Source of the DNA: the human T2T-CHM13v2.0 reference genome, Homo sapiens
Strand: one strand, 5' to 3'
DNA: 64,000 nt
Assembly: GCF_009914755.1 (NCBI RefSeq)
Contig: NC_060930.1
Positions 41,336 through 54,030 of the stretch are shown here, piece by piece; the first letter of the stretch is position 1; the number at the start of each line of letters is the position of its first letter. Position numbers and translations under genes: made by a program. The notes beneath the pieces were generated by a model. That model did no database searches, was not told the DNA's origin, and worked only from the letters and a program-made list of their open reading frames with translations.

Positions 41336-41899
41336 TGTTATTACAATAATGCATCTCTTACAGGGTTTCAAATAACCCTTTTTGAACTCAGAGTTTCAAA
41401 GAATTACAAGTTTGTGATATAGGAAATCATTATTCACGTTGTACAGATGAACATCTAAGTGTCTTTCAATCATAATCTTGGTTTATGACTCACTTTCAGT
41501 ATTGGTTTCAAGTATATCTTCATGTATTCATTCATTTATTTATTTTTATTTAATTAGCAGCTGTAATCTTAGCACCCGGGGTAACACTAGGACGTTGACA
41601 ATGACTTTTATTGTGTCACCATCCCAGGACAGCCCATATCTCTTCCACTACCCAAGGAAAAGGCAGCCTTAACCCTGTGTTCCTAATTTTGTTCCTTTGG
41701 GGTTTATATAGTTTTATCACATCTGTATAAATTTCTAAAATGTATATTTTTAAATTTGGGGGATTTTTTTCATAATATAAAAAGATACAAAGCTGTAATA
41801 AAAGAAAAGAAAGGAGAGAAAAAGGACTTTTCCACAAGGCATTAACTTATGACCAACACTAGGTAAAGCTCAAAGGGAATCTGGTTTCATGGCTATGTA

Positions 41900-42480
41900 T
41901 TTATAGAATTATTTTTTACTGAAAATTGTTTTTCAGATATTTTAGGAACCCACTGTGGGAGACTTCAAATGAGTGGGAAGGAAAGCAACTCATATCTCAG
42001 TGAAATTTTTATTAATCGGGAATTACTGTTGAGAATTTGGAAGACCTTATGTAAGATTGAGAGGGCAAAAATTGAAACATTCACATGAGGGCTCCATTAG
42101 AAAGTTTGAAAGGGCTTGAAGAGACATGTTAAAAATAATTCAAAAAAAGAGAGGAGAGGTAATTGCCAGATATGGAGGGTTTTTATATGGCCAGGGTGAT
42201 AAAACAGGCTGGTTATTAACCTGGCAGGTAGAGAGAAAACCCATTGATGGTAATTGGGGAAATTAGCGCTCAGGATGTAATTCTTCCCCTTCCACCATTC
42301 TTTGGAGGAAATAAATGCTTTATTGAAGCGATTCCATGAGAATCTTTACAATTTCTTGGAAGAGTTGGTGATTCAAGAGGTTTTTGTGACTGCAAAACAG
42401 TTATTTAAATCATTTCCTGAGGAAAGAAGTTTGGAAGAAGATAAAAATAATTAATGCCAGTTTAGCTATTAGTGTGGGAA
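41900..42480 (+). mobile_element. Ancient L1-clade LINE ORF2 relic of non-mammalian type
   Basis: Colinear motifs IELFFTEN (41903), LWET..GKQLIS (41953), YGQGDKTGWLLTWQV (42186-42230), EEINALLKRFHENLY (42305-42349), with stops and frameshifts. Confidence 0.72.
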
Positions 42481-42570
42481 TGATAGGGACTTAAAGAGGT
42501 GTTTACCAGCTGCACTCTACTTTATGTGGCTCAAAAAACAGTGTCACATCTTGGCAAACTTGAGAGCTGA

Positions 42571-43042
<472 letters not shown>

Positions 43043-43611
43043 GTGAGTCACCATGTCTGGCTGAGATTTGTTTTTACTAGTGGTTTGTTGGTCGATGCTT
43101 TGAGTCTAACCATTTTGTACTTCGGTGTCCTACTTTAGGAGAGAATCTGAGCTTGTGACAGTGAACAGTGGAGAAGCAAAATCACTTTAGTACAGGACTT
43201 TAGTAGAGTGAATATGTAATAGTATAAAGCGGACTGAACACTTCTGGGAAACAGTAACACAAACCATAGCTGGACTGGATTTATGTGATTTCTTAGGTAC
43301 GTGAAATAAGTGATTGTGACTTCACAAGCTCATTGGGTTAAGTCACAGAATTTTCACTCTGAACACAGAATGTAGATTATCATGTTTTTTTTTTTAACAA
43401 ATGCTGCCTGAATTATGGGTATTTGTAACTTTGCTTAGCTTTTAAAGAGCCTATTCCTAATTTTCTGTTATACAGAAAACAGCTATGTGCATATTTGGTA
43501 TTTTTTTAGTATTAAGTGCATACTGCCAGGTTCTTTTGCATTAAGTACTAGGATATTTTCCTTTTCATATCAGTCTGCTCTTGTCTAATCTTTTCAGTGG
43601 CATAATATTCT

Positions 43612-43658
43612 TGTGTGTGTGTGCGTGTGTGTGTGTGTGTATGTTTGAGAGTGTGTGT
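43612..43658. repeat. (TG)n microsatellite
   Basis: Read directly. Confidence 0.92.
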
Positions 43659-45540
43659 GACATCATGCCTACTTGTAGAGTGATAAATTAGGTGTCACTT
43701 TGAAGTAGTCACAATGTATCATGTTAGTAGTTTGCATTAAGTTGCCAGTTAATTAAATAACCTCTGTCTTTTACTGCAAAAAAACTTGAGCCTTATTAAG
43801 TTAGAAAATTTACAACCAATAGCATAATCAATAAAACATTAATAAACATGTCACCCCTGACAAACCTTTTATATTGATTTTCACATTCTTACAAAGCTTG
43901 CCCATAGCCTGAAATTTAAAAAAACCACCACCAGTAAAATGGGTGTAACATTAGCCAAATGTAACATTCCATAAAGCACTTTTGAAACTTTTATAGTTCT
44001 ATTGGTTCTAATTATCTGGAAGTCTGCTTTCGAAATGGCTTCACCGCTGACAGAGTTTAATTCTGGAGTTCACTAGTGAGAGATACAACTAATAATAGTA
44101 GGATGTCACTGTAACCTTCATTCATAGGTGACTGCAGATTGAGGGAAGAATCGAGGCAATTTTCTTGCTAATCCAAATAACAACCACAGCTTCGGCCTTA
44201 GTCGTTTGAATTTTCAGGAAGCTATAATTATTTTCCATCTGAAATATCCAAATGACAGCTTTATGTTTCCACGTCTGCATGTAGAGACATCCATTTTTTG
44301 GACTAAGTGTTGGGGAGTTGGGTTTGAAGAGATACTGGGAGTGACTGACAAGTTGTTTCTCCTGCATGGTCCCTAAGTCAGCCAGTGAGAGCAACAAAGG
44401 TATTCCTGAACATGCACGTGAAAAGTCTGCATCGCTCTATGAAAAATTTGTGAGTTTGTGGTTCAGAGATCGAAGGCTGCTTAGGAAGGCTTGAAGAAGG
44501 ATTCTGTCTTGTGTCTTCCCTTGTACTGTTAATCGAGTAAACGGGGTGCCATGTGGATGTGATGCCTACTTTCCTGCAAGAGGCAGCTCATGGGCGATTA
44601 GGCACCTCCCATCCCATGTACACTCAAGAAGCTGCATTGCAGATTCTCTGCTTAGTCCTGACTCTAGAAATGCATCAGAGGGCAGACTGACTCCCTTTGG
44701 CAAGTAGTGGAAATGATTTACCCTCCTGGCAGTTCAGTTTCCCATTTAGAAGAAAACCTCTATTTCGGAGGAAAAAAAAATCATATATTTGAAGGATGTA
44801 CATAACTTGTCTGATGAAACTACAGTCCATGAATTCTAAAGTTTGACTCTTTCCAAGTCCCAAACACATTCATTCATTCATTGAATAAAACATGAACCAA
44901 GCGCCTGCTGTAGGCCAAATACTGCGCTTACTTTCTGATGCAAAACTTTATATAAATCCTCACCCATATGAAGACCTAAAACGGTTACAAGGAAATACTG
45001 GTATTTCAGCACTTTAAAGTCAAGTTGGGATCTTGGTTGGTGGTGACAGCAATCTCTTTGGCTGAGACGCTAGCAGGCTGCCCATGAGGTCTGGAGGACC
45101 ATTCAGAGAGACGTGGTTGTCTCTTTGTATGAGTCATCTTCAGATGGTGCCCTTAACGAAGGCCATCCTGAATGATAATCTGCTCTACACCTAAGATCAA
45201 TAGTCTCCTGTGCTCTTTGTGGAATAGTTATTTGTCATTTGAATGTAAAGTGACTACCTGGAGAAAGGAAAAATGAACTGAATTTTGTGTGAGCTGTGGG
45301 CTCACTTTTACTAAATATTAATATACTTAATAGTTAATCTAGAGAGGTTTCCTTTAGGATTTTCTGATGCTTCCCTCAGCCTCTCTTTCTATTTTCAGTG
45401 GTAACTATGGCAAACAGAAATGCTGAGCTCTTTAAAACTATGATTCTTGAGATGGAGATCGTTAGTAACACGAATAATTCAGTTGGTTTGGACATTGGAA
45501 AGCAAGAGACTTATATCCAAGCAAGAACCTTTAAAGAATA

Positions 45541-45841
45541 TTTTATTTTATTTATTTGTAGAGACAGTGTCTCCCTATGTTGTCCAGGCTGGAGTGCAGT
45601 GGTGCAATCGTGGATTAGTGCAGCCTCAGACTCCTGGGCTCAAGCGATCCACTTGCCTCAGCCTCCTGAGTAGTTGGAACTACAAGTATGTGCCACCACA
45701 CTTGGCTAATTCTTATTTTTTGTAGAGGTGGGAATCTTGCTGTGCTGCCCAGGCTGGTCTTGAACTCTTGGCCTCAAGTGATCTTCCTGCCTCAGCCTCC
45801 CAAAGTCCTGGGATTACAGGCATGAGCCACCATGCCTGGCT
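45541..45841 (-). mobile_element. AluJ SINE
   Basis: GCAGCCTCAGACTCCTGGGCTCAAGCGATCC J diagnostics. Confidence 0.93.
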
Positions 45842-45945
45842 GAGAGAATTTTAGGACAAAAACTTCCCAGATACTGGGAACTGAAATGGGACAAAATCTA
45901 CACTTGTTATGTGTCACTTGTTGTTTTAAATTGAATTATATATGC

Positions 45946-46416
45946 TGTACTGACAGGTTGAATAGTATCTCCCAAAAGCTATCCCCACATTCTAACCCCC
46001 CATACCTGTGAATGCGACCTTATTTGGAAAAAGAGTCTTTGCAGATTTGTCTAAGTTAAGGATCTCAAGATGAGGTGATCCTGGTTTACCCAGGGATGCC
46101 CTAAGTCCAGTTGGAGTGTCCTTATAAAAGACAGAGAGGAGAACACAGGGAGAGAAAAGAAGTCCCTGCGGAGATGGAAGCAGAGATTGGAGTGATGCAG
46201 CCACAAGCCAAGGGAAGCCTGGAGCCACCAGACGCTGGAAGAAGTGTGGATTCTCTAGGGGTTGGATTCTCCCCTAGAACCTTTGAAGGGAGCATGGCCC
46301 TGCCCACACTATGATTTTGGACTTCAAACCTCCAGAAGTGTAAAGAAATGAATTTCTGTTGTTTTAAACCACCCAGTTTGGGGTAATTTGTTTCAGCAAT
46401 CCTGGTAAGGTAATAC
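45946..46416 (+). mobile_element. MLT1C/D-like MaLR LTR
   Basis: ACCTGTGAATGCGACCTTATTTGGAAAA and GAATTTCTGTTGTTTTAAACCACCCAGTTTG. Confidence 0.88.
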
Positions 46417-47194
46417 ACCTAAGCTTCGGAATGACCCTAGATTTTAGGTATGATTATGATCATAAGTTATCTTACAGCTAAAGAACCTGAGGTGCAAGGA
46501 CACTGAGTGACCTGGCCAAGGTTTCCTGGCTCCTAAGTGGCTGTCACTGGGTGGCACCAGGCCGCTGGGCCTCCACAATCCATGTGCATAACCACTGTGT
46601 CCCAAGTTCCCAAACAGACACAGCTTTCTAAGCTATTGACCCAAACCCCTGTCTTTTTTAGACTCCTCTAGCTTCTGCTTCAACTTATTTTTTAAATTGC
46701 TAAATGCAGAAAACTTGGGCAACTCAGAAAAGAAGAAAACAAAATGCAGAAAGTGTCCACAGTTACACCTCCCCAAGGGAACCAGTGTTTACATGTTTGT
46801 AATTTACACCCCCCTCCCTGAAAACGCACACCCACACATATTTTACTTGAAAGCGGTGTGTTTTAGTATTCATCATGATTCTCAGATTTCTTAGTAAAGT
46901 TTCAAAAACAACACGTAGGATTACCATACCAACTGTTTATTTTGCCAACTAAGGCCACTGAAACAACAGCAAAACAACCAAGAAAACCTACCATCCAAAA
47001 ATCACCATCATTGTATAAAAGAAAGAAAGCTTAACTTTATAAAAGCAAGATTATAATCTCAGAATAAAGAATGGGACTCTAAGTTAAATATATTTAACTG
47101 TGTGAAAAACCCAATACATTGCCCTTATTTTTCTCACGATGCCATAGACCAGCAGAAACTTCATTGTAGACCTGTAGTGGTCCATGGTCTAACC

Positions 47195-47655
47195 CCGTGC
47201 TTCTCAGCCTCTACTGTGTTCAGAGCATTCGGGCCTCTTGCCCAAATGCAGGCATTTTTCTTTTTTCTTTTTCTTGGAGACAGAGTCGCCTAGGCTGGAG
47301 TGCAGTGGCGTGATCTCGGCTCACTGCAACTCCCCCCCATCCCCCACCCACCCCGGGTTCAGGTGATTCTCCTGCCTCAGCCTCCCAAGTAGCTGGGACT
47401 ACAGGCAGCCATGCCTGGCTAATTTTTTGTATTTTAGCAGAGATGGGGTTTCATCATGTTGCCCAGGCTGGTCTCGAACTCCTGAGCTCAGGCAATCCAC
47501 CTGCCTTGGTCTCCCAAAGTGCTAGGATTACAGGTGTGAGCCACGGTGCCCGGCCCCAAATGCAGGCTTTGATTCAATAAGTCTAGGGTGGGGCCTGAGA
47601 TTCAGCATTCTAACAAGCTCCCTGGAGCGGCTGATGTTGCTGATCCGTGGCTTTT
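47195..47655. mobile_element. MER5A-like element split by Alu
   Basis: GATTCAATAAGTCTAGGGTGGGGCCTGAGATTCAGCATTCTAACAAGCTCCC. Confidence 0.75.
47254..47555 (-). mobile_element. AluS SINE with C-run expansion
   Basis: TSD CCAAATGCAGGC at 47242-53 and 47556-67. Confidence 0.95.
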
Positions 47656-47719
47656 CCTTCTATCCGTGGATGGCCAGGCCCTAGACTGGCCTTTGTAGTC
47701 TGATTTATTTTTCTTTCAG

Positions 47720-48045
47720 GAATCTATTGTGAACATTTTTACATATCAAGAAACATTGGTCTACAGGATGACTTTTAATGGCTGCATTTATATAAGTCAT
47801 GTGAGCGTCTATCTTGATTTAGTGATCCAATTTCCTATTGTTGATTATCTAGGTTGTTTTTAAATTTTCTTCTCTTTCTTTTTCTCTTTCTGTCCCATTA
47901 CAAATAGAGCTGAGATGAATATTCTTGAACCTACACATTTGTGCACTTGTCTGATTAGTTCTTTAGGAAATATTCTAGAAATAGAGCTACTGGTTGAAAG
48001 GACAAGCATATCTGATAAGTACATTTTCAAGGCATTTAACATGTT
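47720..48045 (-). mobile_element. Old L1 (L1ME-like) 3' fragment
   Basis: TTTTAATGGCTGCAT, TTCCTATTGTTGATTATCTAGGTTGTTT and TTTCTTTAGGAAATATTCTAGAAATAGA. Confidence 0.75.
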
Positions 48046-48634
48046 TTCCTTTCATCCTAAACAAGCCCTTAAGTTGGAAATTATTCTTCAAGTCTCATTG
48101 AGCCTCGGGGAGCTCAGTGCTTCATGAAAGTCTGAGGCAATCACAAGAGTGTGGGAGGTGCTGGAATAGGAGAAGTCCAGGCAGTGAGAGGAAGGTGGGT
48201 CAGGAAAGGCTTCTGAGAGGATGCCACATCTAGACAAGGACTTCCAGAGTCTGTCTGTTCACAGCTGTGCTCAACGGTGCCATATTAAACGCATGCATGA
48301 GAAAGAATTCCTAATAGACTTTATAGCTAAATGATTTTTTTGCATGACTAAATAGCATCAGCTGAAATATAAAACATAAAACAAGCTCCTCAAAATGAAT
48401 CAAAGCAAAATAAGAGAATTTCTAATAATTTATGAGGCCTGTTTATTTCGACACCCTTTAAGTAGGCATAGGAAAAAGATGAGGAAATGATCGTATTTTG
48501 TAGCAATTAATGAGGTCAAGTTATGAGACTCTGTCATCAAGTTTAATTCATATCTTCTTTCTTTAAAATTGACATTTTTGCACTTGACTCCTTATAGTAA
48601 CCTATAGAAGATTTGGGAGAAGAGTGGAATATTC

Positions 48635-48783
48635 ATTTTTTTTCTTATGTTAAAATTTTGTTTTTTAGAGACAGGGTCTCACTATGTGGCCCAGGATGGT
48701 CTTGAATTCCTGGCCTCAAGCAATCCTCTCCCATCAGCCTCTCGAGTAGATGAGACTATATGCTTGTGCCACCATGCCTGGCT
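48635..48783 (-). mobile_element. FLAM-type Alu monomer
   Basis: Single arm; TSD AAGA(G/A)TGGAATAT(T/C)C at 48620-34 and 48784-98. Confidence 0.88.
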
Positions 48784-51700
48784 AAGAATGGAATATCCTA
48801 ACATGGTCTTAACTCTCTTTCATGGGCCAACTACCACATCTGAAGGAACTTCTCTCAAATACTGTGGCCTGGGGCCAGTAGGCTGGCCAAAGGGCTCCTC
48901 AACTGCAATCCTGTCAGGTAAAAACAGATCCTCCTTCTGGGATGTGGCCCTACCAAAGGCAGCAGAATGACCCCCAAAGACCTCTTGAGGTTCCTTCCAC
49001 ACAAGGATTCAAGAATTGTCAATGGACGCCTCTGTGAGAACAGCTAACAGCTATCCAGTGAACAGGTAGTTGGGAGTAGAGGGGAAATGACAGAAATCAG
49101 AGTACAGGGAATTCCACTATGCCCTGGTTTTCGAGAAAAATCATGGCAAAACATTCCGGAGCACCAACATTATTCTGCTTCCACGATACTAAAGGACAAT
49201 TCTTTCATTTTATTATTACCTTGTGCATTGCCCTGCCCCAATTATTAACACTTTCACGACACAACACTGGATTGTTCAGATGAACAAAGTACGTTAGTTT
49301 GTAATGTAGTGAAGTGGGCATATTGTTGATGGTTCTTCACCAGGGTTGACAAATATATGACACAAATGTTGCAACATACAGCAACCTGCTGCCCTCCCAT
49401 GCTGGTCTGATGCCCTGGCAGACATTGCTAATCGGTCACTACACTCTTCCTAAATCCATCCCGGATCGCAGAGCCTCACTGAGACTCAGGGTTGCTGGGT
49501 GGTACCACTCCAGGAGGCACCAGTTGTATTATACTCTATGGGAATGTACCTCTGCTGTCATAAAATGGGGTAGCCCTGCCGTTGTGCATAGAACATAGTA
49601 GACACAAAATAAAAATTCATTGAATGAACCAGATATGACCTCTGAATCCTTCTCAACATAACACTTCAAACAGCCACTACAAATTGATTGGATTTGGCAT
49701 GCAAGTTGAACCTATTTGCTATTCCTGCTTTAAGGAAACACAGTAAGAGGCTGCCAACATGAAACATATTTAATCATCTTTGCACAAGTGTGTGTTGGGT
49801 ACATGCATAATGTGTATGCAAATACAGTTTGCTTAGAACATGCAACTCTCTCCTCTCCCTCCCTCCTACTCCATCCCTAAATATACAATTTCATAAAAAC
49901 CACACCTGCAACTGCTTATTGGAATGGGAAGGGCTCCAACTTATGTTCTCAAATTTATAACACTTGCCTGTGGATTTCTAAACCGCGGTTCCTCTGATAA
50001 ACTACAGTGCCTGGCAGAAAGGTACAAAATATTTCTATCTGGGCCTAACGAAGTTTTCCTTGGCTTTCCAACCCGGGTTGATTAAACCCATGTTTGTGGA
50101 CATTGCTCTTTTCTTTCTCCCTCCCCGTTTGGCTTCATACCTGTCCCTTCCACTGCTCCCATCGCATTAGACTAAGAGAAGAACCAGACACGTTCGGTAC
50201 CAAAGAGGTCATCGGCAAATTCCAAAATTTGTTAAAATTTTTGTAAAAATTAGTTGAAAAAGTAACAGGAAAGAGAGGCAGGATAAGCACGTTTTGTATT
50301 CATCTCCCAGGGTTTGCAGTGTTGCTCAGCTTCACGATGAAATGGGAGATGCACTATTTCACTGGCCATGAAATAGAAAGTTTCAAAATCCTGTTGTAAA
50401 GACAATTTCAAAATAGACACCTCTCAATCCCATTCCCCATTTACCGTTTTTGAAAAATAGCATTAATTTACAAATGTTCTGTTCCTAATCAGTCACACGG
50501 AAAACCATCCTGCCTTCACATTTATCCTTTTACCTTATGTCCCCTCAGAAACCATTTAGGGGAAAAAAGGTCTTAAAACAATTCCATTCCATTACTTTCA
50601 GAAGCTTATACCGAGTTTACAGTTTTGACAGTGTAATTGTCTGTCCCTGAGCCTATGGCCCCTTTTGCTAAAGAGCAGAAGGAAAAATCTTATCTTGACC
50701 AAAAAGTAAACAATATCAGGCAATAGTAGAAGGAAAGATAAATATTTGGGATAGATAAATGTTGGTTTGATTCAGCTAGGACCATAGCTTTGGGTTATTA
50801 AAAGAGCCTCAAGTGGATAAAATTTGGCCCTAAATTTTGTAGTGAGGTTAGCACTACCCTATGGGAAATGCAAAACACTTTTCGCTTATTTTGGTTTTGG
50901 AAAATGTCATAGGAAACACATTTAAAGTCCATTAAATGCGATTGGAGTTGACAAGATTCATTCTGGTGAAAGGCTGGGTAAAGCCAGAACTAAAAGTTTC
51001 CCATCAGCTCAGACAACCTTAGCTAGTAGTTGATAATATGTGTTAAATTAGTCAAAATGGAGACAAAACTAGTGACCCCCTTGAGAACCAAAATAGCTCC
51101 TTAATGAAAGAAATGGAGTTTAAAAATTAAATAGAATATTGGCTGATGTACATTTTGGAGATTATAAATTTGCAAAATCCCCTTATGTCGTTATTAGTTG
51201 AAGTTGAAATTGCCAAATGGGCCCCTGGAGATGTGATAGGAAGGCACATGTTGGAAGATCTGAAATCTTGCTCCCTCTCTGAAGGAAGGGTGGCTCAAGC
51301 CATGTGCAGCGTGAGCTGGAGGCTGGATAGGGTCGAGTAAACTTTGGGTTGGTTTTCTCACAGTTTTTGTTAATGCGTGTTGAGTGTTGTCTTTCTTTCT
51401 CTCCAATTTTCAGACATGGGGCCCTTGGGAGCAGTAATCCTCCAGCCAGGCTTTCTGAGAAGGTTCACATCCAAGTAAAACATGAATTTTCTGAGCCAAT
51501 TTGATAGGCAATTCGTCTGAACAGAGCTCTTGTTTTGCCAACAGATAGAAATGAAGCTGAGAGTATTACAATACCCAGGGCAGGGAGAGTATTAAAGCTG
51601 TGACAGAGACTGAGGCAGGCAACTTCACATAAGCAGAGGGTAGGGAGGCGTGAGGATGGGAAACCACCTTCCCGGGAGTTGACAGGCGGCTGATGGCGGC

Positions 51701-51899
51701 TCTTTCATTACAACCTCACCACCAATCATTAAAGGATTTAGGAATTATAGCAAAGTGGTACTTTTATCCGTGAGATTTAGGCGCTTCTCCATGTCATCTC
51801 TTCTGTACCCCCAGCACCTAGAACATACAGTAGGCTCTCAATACTGGGTACTATTGAGTGTTGGAAAGAGCACAGGTATGGTTTAGCACAGCCCCTCCA

Positions 51900-52260
51900 T
51901 TGCCATTTATAAGCTGAGAGGCCCTGGGTCCATTACTTAATTTCACAAAATGTTTTTCAATTTTTTTCTTCTGTAAAATGGAATTATCGTTTCTACCTAG
52001 TAGGGCTGTTTGGAGGATTAAACAATACAAAGAAGGTAAAATGCCTATCATAGTCACTCAATAAGTATTTCTTATTTTCCTGATTACAAATTAAATAAAT
52101 GATTGATAATCATCAAAATGCATTTGTATAATGTGCTAGGTGCTGTCCTAAGTGGCTAGAGGTTGATACTATTGCTATCCTCACTTAATAGATGGAAAAT
52201 ACAGTTTTAGAGATGAAAAATAACCTAGAGGGAATGGCACATGGGACCTGTGGCTGAGAA
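51900..52260. mobile_element. Two adjacent MIR fragments in opposite orientation
   Basis: TCTGTAAAATGGAATTAT and GGGCTGTTTGGAGGATTAAA (+); TATCCTCACTTAATAGATGGAAAA (-). Confidence 0.65.
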
Positions 52261-53869
52261 GAGGCCCTAGGAATTCTGTGGCTGCCAGAAGTGAGACCTA
52301 GGAGTGGACGTGGGCTATTGGGCTTCCTCCTTGACCGGATCCAGGCCTTCCTTGCATCTTGGACAGTCCGTCTCACAGAATTTGGGACTGTGCAGAGTGA
52401 GAATCCAATGAGCTGCCTGAAACTGGTGCTCACCAAGAATTTATGGAAGTTTTTATTGCTATTTCCAACTGAGAACTTTTCTTCAATCATTTATGGAAAA
52501 CATAAAAGCCAGTGGGAATCAACTAGGATAAAACAAGGTCAGAACCACTCTTCCAGATGCTGAGCACAGCTGGTTTTTGCTTAAGCAGTGGAAGCAAGAA
52601 AGAAGGATATCCATTGGCTATTTGGGTCAGAAACAGCACCTTAAAATATCTCCTCCATAATTCATCTCGTCCCAAATAGAATGTGGGGTCAAATTGCAGA
52701 CCCTAAACCTTTTCATCCCTTCTCCTCTTCCTTCTCTTCTTCTTCCTTTTTCTTCTTCTTTTTCTTATCTCATGGGATTGGTATGAAAAATAATAAGGAT
52801 TTTATTCCACAATGGAAAAAAAAATATCTCTCTGGGGTGGTAGATACCGCAATTCCAGAAACAAGCTGGAATGCACCAAGAGCTCCCTTATATGCCTAAA
52901 TGCAGGCTGCTCTTCCTCTGCCTCTATTTTACAGCTGGGGGAGCCATTGCCCTGGGAACAAAGAGGAAAATGGGAACAATCCTAATTTTAATATTCATAA
53001 CTCATGAGCAGTCTGAAAGTTTTTTTAATAAGTTCACGATTGTCCTTTGAACTTTTAATACTCCTTTTACCCAAGGGGCTTTGGAGGGGTTTGAGAAGAG
53101 CCAACCAGCCAAGATCACCCTCCCACTCCATGACCTGTAGATAGCACCCTGCCTGGGAACTCGACAGAGAGAAAGCATCTGTCCATCCCACACTGGCTAT
53201 CTCCAGGAGTCCAGAAGAGCATGACTCTTGCTCCCAGGAACAGATCTCAGGCTGCCAGTAATCCATGTGTAACTGCAGAAAGGAACACTGGTGGGGGGTT
53301 AATACCAGATTGGCACATTCACATGTTTGGCATTCTCATATGCTGTTCATAACACAAATCCACCAATCCTCCTTTTGGGGATACACCCTGGAATGGCTGG
53401 AAGAGACAGACTGGGGCCCACTGCTCTGAAGCCTTGTATGGTGGTGGTGTGCCTGGGAGGAGGTAGCAGGCACCATCTTCCTGATAGGAAGCCACCTGGA
53501 CTGATCCCAGGGTCCCTGCCTCCTGAAAGCAGGGGAGAAAACCTGGGTTTGTACTCTGATTGTCAGTGTGCCCAAGAGTCTAGAAGAGATTTCAGTGAGA
53601 TGGAAGAATGATTATTTAAATGATACAAGCATTTGCTTTTAAAGTTGGAGAGAAGGAAAGCGTAGAATTTAAAATGCCCTTGAGTCTGCCCATGGGAAAG
53701 AGTTTAGGGAGTGACACTGAGGAGAACGGAAGGCTTTTAGGGGAGGACCAAAGACTATTAGAGTTCTTTTTGGGAATGGTAATGAGCTATCGAAAAAGTG
53801 ATGCCTGAGAAGAAAAAGCAAGAGGGGAGCAGTCTGTGATAGAAAGGTAAATGAGTCATTTGATGAGTA

Positions 53870-54030
53870 GAGTGCATCTCAATCTTCAGTGTGCATTAGA
53901 GTCAGGGGAAGGCAGGAAGGTAACTATAAAGCGCCTTTCCCTAGGACCTCTTGAGGCTCCAATGCAGTGGGTCTGGGCCATGGTTTGATCACGACGTGGG
54001 CACTCCGCAAAGCACGCCTTGAAATACACT
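53870..54030. mobile_element. MER5-like fragment
   Basis: TCTCAATCTTCAGTGTGCATTAGAGTCA and CAGTGGGTCTGGG. Confidence 0.55.

Noticed and set aside
44380-44456. Exon-like segment ending in GTGAGT
   Set aside because: A donor-like hexamer alone, with no convincing acceptor, frame or homology
50301-50351. 9 bp inverted repeat CATCTCCCA/TGGGAGATG
   Set aside because: Expected many times by chance in 64 kb
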